A stretch of 53,006 nucleotides of DNA, taken from Amoebophrya sp. A120. Its lineage: Eukaryota > Protista > Dinoflagellata. The translations under genes were made by a program, and so were the position numbers. The notes under the pieces were generated by a model. It did no database searches. It saw only the letters and a list, made by a program, of their open reading frames with translations, and was not told where the DNA came from. Below are positions 34,022 through 45,633 of the stretch, piece after piece (positions within the stretch are counted from its first letter, which is position 1; each line of letters opens with the position of its first letter). The stretch covers positions 14,577,119 to 14,630,124 of the forward strand of contig CAJINV010000001.1 in assembly GCA_905178155.1 (NCBI GenBank), written 5' to 3'.

Positions 34022-36830
34022 AGAAGCCGAAGCCATGAAGGCGCTTGCTTTTAAGGACACCCCCCAGCGCCTGGGCATCTCTGTCCTAGGCATCAGCGGC
34101 TGGGAGCACAAAAAGAAAAAAGAAAACCGAAAGAAACCAAGAAGACAGCTGCTGCGAAGGACACCCCCCAGCGCTTGGGTATCTCTGTCCTGGCCATAAG
34201 CGGCTGGCCACACAAAAAGACAGAAGCCGAAACCATGAAGACAGCTGCTGCTAAGGACACCCCCCAGCGCCTGGGTGTCTCTGTCCTAAGCATAAGCGGC
34301 TGGGCACACAAAAAGAAAGAAGAAAACCGAAACCATGAAGACAGTTGCTGCTAAGGACACCCCCCAGCGCTTGGGTATCTCTGTCCTGGCCATAAGCGGC
34401 TGGCCGCACAAAAAGAAAGAAGCCGAAACCATGAAGGCGCTTGCTTTTAAGGACACCCCCCAGCGCCTGGGCATCTCTGTCGTAAGCATCAGCGGCTGGG
34501 CGCACAAAAAGAAAGAAGAAAACCGAAAGAAACCATGAAGACAGTTGCTGCTAAGGACACCTCGTCCCAGCGCTTGGGTATCTCTGTCCTGGCCATAAGC
34601 GGCCGGCAGCACAAAAAGAAAGAAGCCGAAACCATGAAGACAGTTGCTGCGAAGGACACCCCCCAACGCCTGGGCGTCTCTGCCCTATCTAAGCATAAGC
34701 GGCCGGGCGCACAAAAAGAAAGAAACAAACCGACAGAAACCATGAAGAAGGTTGCTGCTAAGGACACCCCCCAGCGCTTGGGTATCTCTGTCCTGGCCAT
34801 AAGCGGCAGGCCGCACAAAAAGAAAGAAACCGAAACCATGAAGACAGTTGCTGCTAAGGACACCCCCCAGCGCCTGGGTGTCTCTGTCCTAAGCATAAGC
34901 GGCTGGGCGCACAAAAAGAAAGAAGAAAACCGAAAGAAACCACGAAGGCAGCTGCTGCTAAGGACACCCCCCAGCGCTTGGGTATCTCTGTCCTGGCCAT
35001 AAGCGGCTGGCCGCACAAAAAGAAAGAAGCCGAAACCATGAAGACAGTTGCTGCTAAGGACACCCCCAAGCGCCTGGGTGTCTCTGTCCTAAGCATAAGC
35101 GGCTGGGCACACAAAAAGAAAGAAGAAAACCGAAACCATGTAGACAGTTGCTGCTAAGGACACCCCCCAGCGCTTGGGTATCTCTGTCCTGGCCATAAGC
35201 GGCTGGCCGCACAAAAAGAAAGAAGCCGAAACCATGAAGGCGCTTGCTTTTAAGGACACCCCCCAGCGCCTGGGCATCTCTGTCGTAAGCATCAGCGGCT
35301 GGGCGCACAAAAAGAAAGAAGAAAACCGAAAGAAACCATGAAGACAGTTGCTGCTAAGGACACCTCGTCCCAGCGCTTGGGTATCTCTGTCCTGGCCATA
35401 AGCGGCCGGCAGCACAAAAAGAAAGAAGCCGAAACCATGAAGACAGTTGCTGCGAAGGACACCCCCCAACGCCTGGGCGTCTCTGCCCTATCTAAGCATA
35501 AGCGGCCGGGCGCACAAAAAGAAAGAAACAAACCGACAGAAACCATGAAGAAGGTTGCTGCTAAGGACACCCCCCAGCGCTTGGGTATCTCTGTCCTGGC
35601 CATAAGCGGCCGGCCGCACAAAAAGAAAGAAACCGAAACCATGAAGACAGTTGCTGCTAAGGACACCCCCCAGCGCCTGGGTGTCCCTGTCCTAAGCGTA
35701 AGCGGCTGGGCACACAAAAAGAAAGAAGAAAACCGAAACCATAAAGACAGTTGCTGCCAAGGACACCCCCCAGCGCTTGGGTATCTTTGTCCTGGCCAGA
35801 AGCGGCCGGCCGCACAAAAAGAAAGAAGCCGAAACCATGAAGACAGCTGCGGCGAAGGACACCCCCCAGCGCCTGGGCATCTCTGTCCTGGCCATAAGCG
35901 GCTGAGCACACAAAAAGAAAGAACGAAACCGAAGCCATGGAGACCGTTGCTGCTAAGGAAACCCCCCAGCGCCTGGGTATCTCTGTCCTGGCCGTAACCG
36001 GCTAGCCGCAAAAAAAGAAAGAAACCGAAACCATGCAAACGGTTGCCGCGCGCTAATGACACCCCCCGGCGCGCGGGTATCGGTGCCCTGGCAATGGTCC
36101 GCCAGTAAGAGGAAGAAAGCAAGGAGCAGAACCTGCTGAGACTCTGAATAAAACAGACGCCGCCAGTGGGGCCCTCCGCGGCTTGGGTATCTCTGTCCTG
36201 TCCATAAGCGGCTGGCCGCACGAAAAGAAAGAAGCCGAAACCATGAAGACTGCTGCTTCTAAGGGCAACCCCCAGCGCCTGGGTATCTCTGTCCTGGCCA
36301 TAAGCCGCTGAGCACACCAAGAGAAAGAACGAAACCGAAACCATGGGGGCAGTTGCTGCTAGGGGCACCCCCCTGCGCCTGGGTATCCTATCTCTGTCCT
36401 GGCCGTAACCGGCTAGCCGCGCAAAAAGAAGGAAACCGAAACCATGAAAACAGTTGCCGCTAAGGGCGCCCCCCTGCGCGCGACTATCTCTGTCCTGGCG
36501 ATGGCCCGCCAATAAGGGGAAGAAAGCAAGGGCCCGAACCTGCGCAGACTCTGAACAAGACGGGCGCCGCTAGTGAGGCCCTCCAGCGCCTGGGTGGGAG
36601 GGTATCTCTGTCCTGGCCATAAGCGGCTGGCCGCACAAAAAGAAAGAAACAAACCGAAACCATAAAGACAGTTGCTGCGAAGGACACCCCCCAGCGCCTG
36701 GGTATCTCTGTCCTCGCCGTAACCGGCTAGCCACACACAAAAAAAGACCTACAAGGAACCAAAACCAGGAAAACCGTTGCCGCTAAGGACACCCCCCAAC
36801 GCGCGGGGCGGGCCTCTCTGTTCTGGCCAT
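34022..36830. repeat. ~100-bp satellite with alternating variants and an 803-bp higher-order duplication; resumes 39099-39420
   Basis: Tandem units. ORF-track duplicates are offset by exactly 803 (34251/35054, 34286/35089, 34535/35338). Confidence 0.95.
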
Positions 36831-36836
36831 GATGGC

Positions 36837-39092
36837 TCAGGCTGCCGGCCCCGGGCAAGCTGCCCGGTTTTAAATTGGTTTGGAAAAGCATTAATGTAAA
36901 AGCGGGAGGGGGGCCAAACAAATGCGCCAGAATGTCGGGGCGAATGGCCAGGGGGAAGACGCGGCACACTGCCCAAACAGACAGGGGGCGAACGCAGCCG
37001 GTGGCTGCGGCCGCGCGAGGACAACCGGGGCCGACTGCCTGCGGGCCCATCGCGCCCAAGTCTTCTGCGCCCGACCATGCAACGGAAACAGGACCCATCA
37101 ACAAAATGGGGCAAACCAAGACCCCCCAGGGGTCTTTGCAACATACGCAACACAACGGGGCGACGCTGGCATAGCACCAAACGGAAACCCAAGGCAAAGC
37201 CCACAAAGAATCACGACAAGACACGGCAGGGGCCACAAGGGATGCGCCGCAAAAACCTATCCAACAAAAACGGCGCCCAAAAACAAAAGCCCCGGGCCAC
37301 CCTGGTTTTTGTGCAGCCCACGCCGAAAACACTGCGAACGTTCTGGCTTCTCCAGTTTGGGTCTCCACGGTGATTATTGTGTTAGTTTGTGGCTTAAATT
37401 TTGTTTAATTTGTGGTTTAATTTTGCATTAAAATTTGCATTAATTTGTTGGGGGTGCGAAATCCCTAAGGATTCGCCTTGTTTCTAAATTAGTGCAGCTT
37501 TTATATGGGGGCGACTGGGCAAGTCACCGTAAAAAAATCAAAATTTTTTTGCATTCAAGAAGTGGCCACCTAAATGATCACGAAAACGGCCTCGAGTCGC
37601 CACCTACTTCGCTGCTCCGGAACCGACGTCGTCAGGTGAGCTACGCTGAAGAGCATCCAAATGAGAACTAGCTAGGAGCTCCAACTTGAGCTAGCTAGTT
37701 TAAGCATGTGGAAACGCATTCAAAAGGTGCTGGCTTAACGCAATGCAAGCAGCTGCTGTGGTGATTGGTAGGCATTTGGCGGCCCGGCTGTCGCGTCGGG
37801 CGGTGTAGAGGTCCCTGCACCACCTGGCACCAACCGAGGAAGCAAGCGGAATGCCTGAAAGTGGCACACTTTTTGGATTGTCCTGTCACATGTGGAAGCT
37901 CTCAAAACAGAGGTTTTTTTTGCGGGTCGTTCAAATCGCCAAAAAATGAGGTGCGGCGGGACCTCATTTTGAACCTCAAACGAAATCCATCACACCATCG
38001 CGATTAGCTTGCAAAAGTGAGGTCCTAAACGAGGTCACGAAATGACCTCCGAGAGGAAGCCTGCCATGCGGGTTAGTAAAAACCCGCCGCACCGTCGCGA
38101 GTCGCCACTTTTTAAAAAAAGCAGATGCGTTCCTTTAGCATCTCCTTGATTTCGCTGGTTCCGCCGGTCTCCAGATACTCCGGAACGGCGTCACCCCCCG
38201 ACAGCCGGGCCGCGCGTTGCCCTTCAGTGGCCTCCTGTTTGGCATTCGATTTGAGGCTGTTTGCAGTCATCTCACCTATACCTAGAGTCGACCTGAGCTA
38301 CCTATTTCAAGTTGGAGCCTCTAGCTAGTTTTGAATTCCATATCACCATCGACAGCTGGCTCCGGAGACGCCCGCGACACCTGTTCTGGAAACGCGAAAC
38401 CGCGCGGCACGGTGGTGGTTCTAGTTGCGATTATTTCATAAATGCAAAAAAATTTTGATTTTTTTACGGTGACTTGCCCAGTCGCCCCCATATTTTATTG
38501 CAAATTTTATTGCAAAGATTATTGCAAAAATTATTGCAGAGGTCAGGCCGCGGGATCTTGCAAAAAGCATCGCAAGTCCTGCCGCCTCCTCTGCAAAAAC
38601 CCTCGGCCCCTTCTGAACCATAAGAGCCCCACTACCAAGCAAGGGCCACAGGTTGGGCCGGGATCGGCTTCCCGGTACCGGCGGGCGACACCCTGCCCCC
38701 ACGGGCCCCTTGGGAAAAAACAAGGCAAAACCAAGGCCCCGGGCCGAGAAACACGACCACGAAAGCGCCACCCGAGAAGCAACCCGGCGAAACCCGTCCC
38801 CGGCGGCAAGCCGGACGATTTCGGCAAGACAAATGGAAGGCCTGCGCCCTCGCGGCGGACACAGAAGCCAAAGGCGGCACCCATTGGCCTAGGGAACAAA
38901 AGGACAGGGCCTCCGGGCTCCATTAGTTTCCCCCCTGGGGGCACCGCGCGGCGCCCTTCGGGATTTCCGGAAAGCAAGTCCCTGCCCAATCAATACACAA
39001 AGCCAACGGGGCGAAACCCGGCGCAGCTTTTTGGTTAGTGCTTATTTACGCTGATTTTATTGGCCCGAATTTGCCCGGGGCTGGCTGGCTGA
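36837..39092. mobile_element. Non-autonomous TIR element, TSD GATGGC, carrying a nested element
   Basis: TIR tcag.c.gcc.gccccgggcaa. GATGGC at 36831-36836 and 39093-39098. Confidence 0.88.
37504..38492. mobile_element. MITE with perfect ~52-bp TIR, probable 5-bp TSD TTTTA
   Basis: tatgggggcgactgggcaagtcaccgtaaaaaaatcaaaatttttttgcatt and its reverse complement. TTTTA at 37499-37503 and 38493-38497. Confidence 0.9.
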
Positions 39093-40024
39093 GATGGCCC
39101 GCTAGTTAGAGGCAGAAAACAAAGGGCAGGACCTGCAGAGACTCCGAATGAAACGGGCGCCGCTAATGAGACCCCCCAGCGCCTCCCTGGGTGGGCATCT
39201 CTGTCCTGGCCATAAGCGGCTGGCCGCACGAAAACAAAGAACGCAACCGAAACCATGAAGACTGTTGCTGCTAAGGACGCCCCCCAGCGCCTGGGTATCT
39301 CTGTCCTGGCCGTAACCGGCTAGCCACACAAAACGAAATAAGCCGAAACAATGAAAACAGGACACCCCCCAGCGCGCGGGTATCTCTGTCCTGGCCGTGG
39401 CCCTCTAGTTAGGAGAAGAGGCGGCGGCGTCAGATGGCCAAAGGCCTCCAAGCGGGCGCGCCATACTGTGCGCCCCAAGCGCGGGCGCCTGCTCATGCGT
39501 GCGCAAAGTTCTCCCGGGCACCGCAACGGCTGCCAAGGCGCGGACGCGGTAGCGAATCGACAAAGCCCGCTGGTGCCGAAGATAGGGAGACAGTCACTCG
39601 CTCACTCATTCTCTCATGTGTGTGCGGGGCTATTCAGTCGCTGTCTTTCTCGGATGTGCATACAAGTGCGAACTTTCCTAGTAAGCTGTCGCGCGCGCGC
39701 GTTGACCTCAGCGCGCGGCCCATGTTCCATCGCTCTGCTTCTGGGACCATTGACCACACACGCGCGCCTCCTCTCTGCCACTATTCTCGCAGAGGGATTC
39801 GCTTTCAGCTTCGAACTGCGCGGGATTTGCTTCGTCTGTTTGCCAGGCTTTGCGCCGTGCGCCGGGAATTCTCTCCAAGCGCTTGCCGCTTATTTGCTGG
39901 CCAAATTCCGCACGTTGCTGCGCCTGCTCCTCTCTCTGCTTTTGTATATTCTCCCTGTGTTTCTGCGTCTTCCTCTGGCATGCCCTGCCCTTGCCGTTTC
40001 CTGCCTCTTGCCGTTTCCTGCCAG

Positions 40025-40044
40025 ACCCTAAACCCTAAACCCTA
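40025..40044. repeat. Short interstitial telomere-type repeat, (CCCTAAA) x ~2.8
   Basis: accctaaaccctaaacccta. Confidence 0.6.
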
Positions 40045-40279
40045 CCGGGAAACAGAATAAACCAAAAGGCAGGCCACGGCCCATCGGGGGCGAGTGCAGC
40101 GGGGGGGGCCACCTTCTGCGCCCCCCATAATGCTCTGCCTCGCGCGAGATTTGTCTGAACGCGGCCAGACTTTGAATCACGCACAAAAAAAAGGCGAACC
40201 GCGACGGTATGGTCGATTTTTCTTTGGGGTTGGCAGCAGCCGGGAAGATCACCCGTTTGCCCTCTATAGGCTCGGGCGC

Positions 40280-40795
40280 GGGGGCGCTTTCCCGGTCGAA
40301 TACCCAAAACCGCAGGCCAACAGATTTCGCAAAAGGCCGCGACTATAAGTCGCGCCATCCACTGCAAACATTGCTCTTGCCCCCTGGCAATTTTCTCAGG
40401 AAACGAGAGCCGGCCCATCCCCTGCGATGGCTCGGACACGAGGGCGGATTCCGGGTCGAATACCGAAAACCGCAGCCCGGCAGATTTCGCAAAAAGCCGC
40501 GAATACTATTCGCGTCCGCCACTGGGTAAGTTGCTTTTGCCGCCCCTGACAATTTTCTCAGGAAGTGAGAGCCCATCCCCTGCGGTGGCTCGCACACGGG
40601 GGGGATTCCGGGTCGAATGCCCAAAACCGGCGCAGTCCAGCAGATTTCGCAATCGCAAAACGCCGCGAATATAATTCGCGTCAACCAGAAGTGAGAATAT
40701 TGCTTTTGCCCCCCTGGCAATTTTCTCAGGAAATGAGAGCCCGTCCCTTGCGATGGCTCGGACCCGGGGGCGGATTCCGGGTCGAATGCTCAAAG
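40280..40795. repeat. Diverged ~160-bp tandem repeat, ~3 units
   Basis: ggtcgaat..aaaacc..cagatttcgcaa..caattttctcaggaa..gagagccc recurs near 40292, 40451, 40608 and 40777. Confidence 0.85.
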
Positions 40796-41630
40796 CCACA
40801 TATCCACTTTAACCGGCTAGGTTCAATGACAACTGCAACGAACACCAACAACGACCACTATCGGCGAAAACTGCTGTAACTGCAGTGTCCTTCTCCTTGG
40901 AGAACTGCTATCAAGAAACAAGATGGAGAATGAGACCATGCACCAAAGACATTATCGTTGTATCCGCTCTTCTCATTTGAAGTGCTCCGACATTCGAAGC
41001 ATTGTCATCGAAGATGTCGTACCGTATCACTTGTAGGCAGGTGCAGGCACTCCTGATCATCATCCCTTGCTTTCTTTCTTCGAAATTTTTTTGATCATAC
41101 ATCAGCTGCTATCGAACTCGAAGTCTGCAGCTTCGACCTTCGACTACTGCAAAAGCCCAAGGAACTACCCAACCAAGCTGTTGTCACTGGAGCGGGATTC
41201 TCGTCTAGCTCTGCGCCCGATCGTACTGGTAGTCGTATTCGTAGTTAATTATGTATCTATAGAAAGTCGAGTCTGGTGTTGACTGACTGAGAGAGACTGT
41301 AGCTCCTGTAGTTGATGCAATCGCTCACAAATAACAACCAAAATGCTCTTTCGGTATAGCTCAACAAGAACAAGGCTGGCGCTTATGTTCCTTAATCGTA
41401 CATCGGATTTTCATTGACAAGACTAAGTAAAGCTTGTTCATTTCAGCTCAGTTAGCGGAGTTTGTAGTAAAAGTTGTAAAGTTTGACACTCACAACAGTC
41501 GGTCGACTGGAAGAGCACGCAACCAAAATTTGTACTCTACTTACCTAATCATTTTTGGAGACAAGGATTGGCATTCAAAATCAAAATGAGACACACAATA
41601 TTTTTTAAGCTCAGAAACCAAAAGTAAAGC

Positions 41631-44600
41631 TCAAATCAACAAGAGCGGAGCTGCCTCTTCTCGTGACGGAGCTCCACCAACGCCAGTCGTAGATGTAGTA
41701 GATGTCGTGGTCACTTTAAAAACTCCGATCGCTGTCCCGATGGTGAGAAGCACCAAGATTGTTACGTCTTCCACAAGCAGAGCGCTCGAACAGCTAGAAA
41801 AGAGGTCCACTCCAACGGCGACGATCCACGCCGAGACACAAAACACTACACTACCGCCGACTGCGGCAGCGCTGCTGGGCGTGCCTGCGATAATTGTAGT
41901 CCACAAGTGAGGCAGATCTAAAAGATATTTGTGCAGCTCTATTATGATAAAAATTTGATTCAGATTTACTAAAAGTAAAAACGCACTACGGTCACATTCA
42001 ATCATACAATCAGAATCAGAATAATTACGAGAATCAAATCCTTGCAGTAGGCGATTCGGTTACTCATACTCGTCAAACAACCAAAACCGAGCAGAAACCA
42101 TGACAACCATGATCATCTATCACATAAAACACAAGAAATACTAGTTACCTCGACAGAAGGCTCGGCTAGCCCAATCGTCGAATTGCTCGGTGAAAAAAAC
42201 CTGTATATATGCAAGAATGATCTTTTGATAAGTACTAACTAGTACCGCCGTAACGGGTCATGTGGACAACATAAGAGGGAACAATACAACCAAGAACATG
42301 AAGCATGCAGTAGAAGTTCCTTTAGCAACAAACAAGAAAATGCAATAAATGGAAATGGTGTAGATTTGTAAGACCATCACAATATAGAAAGAGAATAAAA
42401 GTCATCAAGGAACAAGAGTAAGTACCACTGACGTGTCACAGAGCATTGCGGCAACGAAGAGACCAGCCATGGTCTTAGCAGCAGACACATTTTCACACTT
42501 CCTGTTAGCTCCCTCGCCCGCCAAAGCAGTGATCACGAGTGCACCACTCAAGAGCACAGGTCCGGCGGATCTCATCAGCAGGTAATCGAAGTACTGAAAC
42601 CATGCGTGTTCTGGATCCACAAAATCATCACGAGACATGAAGCGAAGCGTGTATCTGCTGGCAAACGTGCACAGATCAAACAGGACGCTCAGACAATATG
42701 TCGCAGAGAGTAGAAGGCTGGCGATGACGACGGGGCTCTGTGTTGGAGAGGCAAACAAGATGTAGTAGCTCACTTTTCTCGATCTTCGTGTCATATACCA
42801 TCATGAACTACGATCGAGTTTCATTTCCAATCCAACAACCTACACAATCACATCAATTAGTAAAAACAATTTGTTTCGGGCTAAAGCTATGCTTCCTCCA
42901 TAGCTGCTCCTTATGATCTCACCTGTGCGCATGTTGTATTTGGACCGCCCGCGTAGAAGCAGAACGTAACTGCGCCAGTAAGTGCAAACTCGGCTTGAAA
43001 CAACCCCAACCAGAATTCGACTGTTCGGGCAAAGAAGATTTGCCGTTGCGGAAGCTGATTTTGTTTTTGATATTGATTGCGATTGGAAATAGAATCATGA
43101 AGAATAAATTTAACATACCTTTATGATAGGCCGAGACGTAGAGCGAACATTCCATGACTCATTGAAGAAATTCTAAAGTTGTTGATACTGAGTCAGTCAC
43201 GATTATTCACACGCAGACGCACTACGTCTCCAGATGAGTCACACCTATCACTTTGCTCACTTTTAATTTTATGCTTTTCTTTTTCCAACATCTACGTCGG
43301 TCTACGCAACGGACAACAAAATACCCTATCGGCCGAGCAGCAATCGTGCTTGGCTTGCAAGTAAGATCGAATCCAGAAGACATTGCACAAGTCGAACAGA
43401 ATCCCTGGCAACACAAAGCACGCCGCAATGTTCATTTTGAGCGGACACTCAGTGGCATCAAGTGCCATGGTGCACAGGCAACCCACTGCAAACAGGTCCA
43501 CCAGCAACGTGAGGAGGGTCAGCACCTGCCGCGAGGACACACCGTCGTCGTCATGGAGAGAATCAACAGCTGGTCCGCTCTCTGGCAGTCCACCGCTAGC
43601 TCCATCATCACCTGTATTTGCCTTCTCAGCTAGTGTGGGCTCCTGTGAATCTGAATGCGGCTGATAACACGTTCTCCCTGTGGTTGACGATGTCGTTTTG
43701 TACCTGTGTGCAAAATCCACTTTATCGTGCATCTTTTCCCAACTCTCGTCCTTTGTGTCAAATTTATACTTGTTTTCCTGTAGAAGTTGCGTAAATCATA
43801 TTTTCCTGCAGTTGGTTGCGTAAAAAATAAAAAATCATATTTGCGAAGAGTGATTGTGCATGTGCATGTCTAGGCTGTGCAACTTACTGGGACGAAATCG
43901 TGACGTACGTGAAAAAAAATAAATAAAGTTGCTATTGCATAAAGATCATGATCAACAGGAACAGCTTTTATATGACACTGCCGTAGCTGGCACTTTCGAT
44001 AGGGGGTTACTCGCTTCATCTTACCTTTCTTCATTTTCAGGGTTTGGCGAAACGTGGGAAAGTCCTTGTTGCGATGCTGCAGCTCCCGCAGCTCTTGACG
44101 GCTGCGCATCAGCGCCATTAGTCGCGGCCATTTCCTCAAACGGAGAAAAACAGTAGCCATCGAGGTTAACTTTTCCCGTCCCCTCGCCCCCGGGCTCGTC
44201 GAGGTATTTTATTCCAACGAGTTTGAACTGCTCGAGGTCCATGATGTCCGCTTCGATTTCTCCTCGACCGCTTTCAGCGTGAACGGAGCTTCGCAGAATT
44301 CTGAATCTAGCAAAATATAGTAGGTGGAAAGAGGTGGACCTCCACCTCCTACAATTCGAGTATGAGCGTTCTATATCTATATCTTCATCTTGTGATGTTC
44401 ATTCCTGTTTATAGGATAAACACCGAAATCTGCAGCAGGGTTGCAGCGTTGACCTTTTTGCTCGACGAATGAGCGACGTTCCAAAATCAGTATCAAAGTC
44501 GAAGGAAACGATTTTGCATTTATGCTTATTGATGAAGGCTCTCACTCTCTCTGTATCGCTCAACATCCTATACGAAAGAAAATCGATGATCGGGTGCTCG

Positions 44601-44700
44601 CTTCTGTAGACATACACACCACTTCAACATCATTGATACGCGTCAACATCTCAACACTCGACCATCGATCAACCTTCAACTTCTCAAGCCCTCAGAGAAA
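41631..44700 (-). CDS. Probable multi-exon host gene(s), hydrophobic/membrane-like, unknown function
   Basis: Series of minus-strand frames (44399-44617, 44021-44242, 43292-43732, 42405-42794, 41631-42005) with GTAAG donors, YAG acceptors and hydrophobic stretches; exon model unresolved. Confidence 0.4.
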
Positions 44701-45633
44701 TGCTTCCTATGCTTTCTCTTGAGCTTGAAATTGAACCAACTCGAATACACACATGAAGAGGAATAGCAAAAAAACAAACCCTACAGATATATCTTGTGAT
44801 TAAAAATAAATGAGAAAAAAAAACAGATAAGGTAGTATAGTAGATAAAGACGCGATGAAATATAAAACAGACTTGTCAAGCAATGAAATCTTGTACAAGA
44901 AGATGAACATCTCCAGTGTCCCATTAAAACAGGTAAGTTTCAGGGAATATCACAGAAAAAAAAGCGAAAACAGAGACCGCTGCTCCAAGAGCTCGAGAAA
45001 CATAATACTCAATTACAACTGAAACATTCATTGCAGCTGCATCCTCTTTTGCGAAAACAACTTTGCAGAGGAAACCGAGTGTAGGCTGTTCCGGATTCAT
45101 TCGAGCACTCTTGATTAGATTGAATTTATGTTATTTTTGAGTTATCCAGCTGAAACTTTTGAAAATATGTAAAATTAAAATCCAAATTACTAGATAGACA
45201 GGTTGTAAAATATTTATAAATAATATTATTTTTTCTTTAGTATTTCTGACCGCACTGCGCTGCGAGATAAATAATAGCTAAAGGTAAACGTCGTGAACAG
45301 GACAGCAAAGGCGTACACAATAGTGTTAGATTTCACTTCAGAGTGACATTGTACAGATCAGGTCGCCCACGTGTGAAGCTGGTGGCAACGTCAGAAGGGT
45401 CACACTCACAAGCAATGATTTTCTACAAAAGAAACTACCCAGACCGCAGCTAAAGGTAAAAGCCAAACTCAAATCGATAAAAAATAGTTGCGCCTACCCC
45501 TCTACCACGTCTTCAGAATCAGAGATAGAGCAGTCTGCAAGAGCATGAAAAAGAAAATGTAGAGGTCAAATTCCAAAAACTTGATCTCCGCCGTGAAGTA
45601 GAAGATGTCATTCGTGAAAAACAGGTTAAGAGC

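Larger units (their letters stand above)
1817..39420 (-). mobile_element. Giant tyrosine-recombinase (DIRS-order) retrotransposon with nested DNA transposons; outer ends approximate
   Basis: Co-oriented gag-like, YR and RT-RH-MT ORFs lie between long direct repeats starting at 2159 and 32396. Confidence 0.8.
32396..39420. repeat. Long direct repeat A, right copy with satellite array; right limit approximate
   Basis: Matches 2159 onward; satellite units continue to about 39420. Confidence 0.8.

Noticed and set aside
33986-36736. Many ORFs in the satellite (e.g. 35292-36512, also 5068-6017)
   Set aside because: They are repetitive translations of the tandem unit in all frames.
34022-36830. 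CRISPR-like appearance of the regular repeat array
   Set aside because: Whole units repeat with no unique spacers, there are no cas genes, and the context is eukaryotic: this is a satellite.
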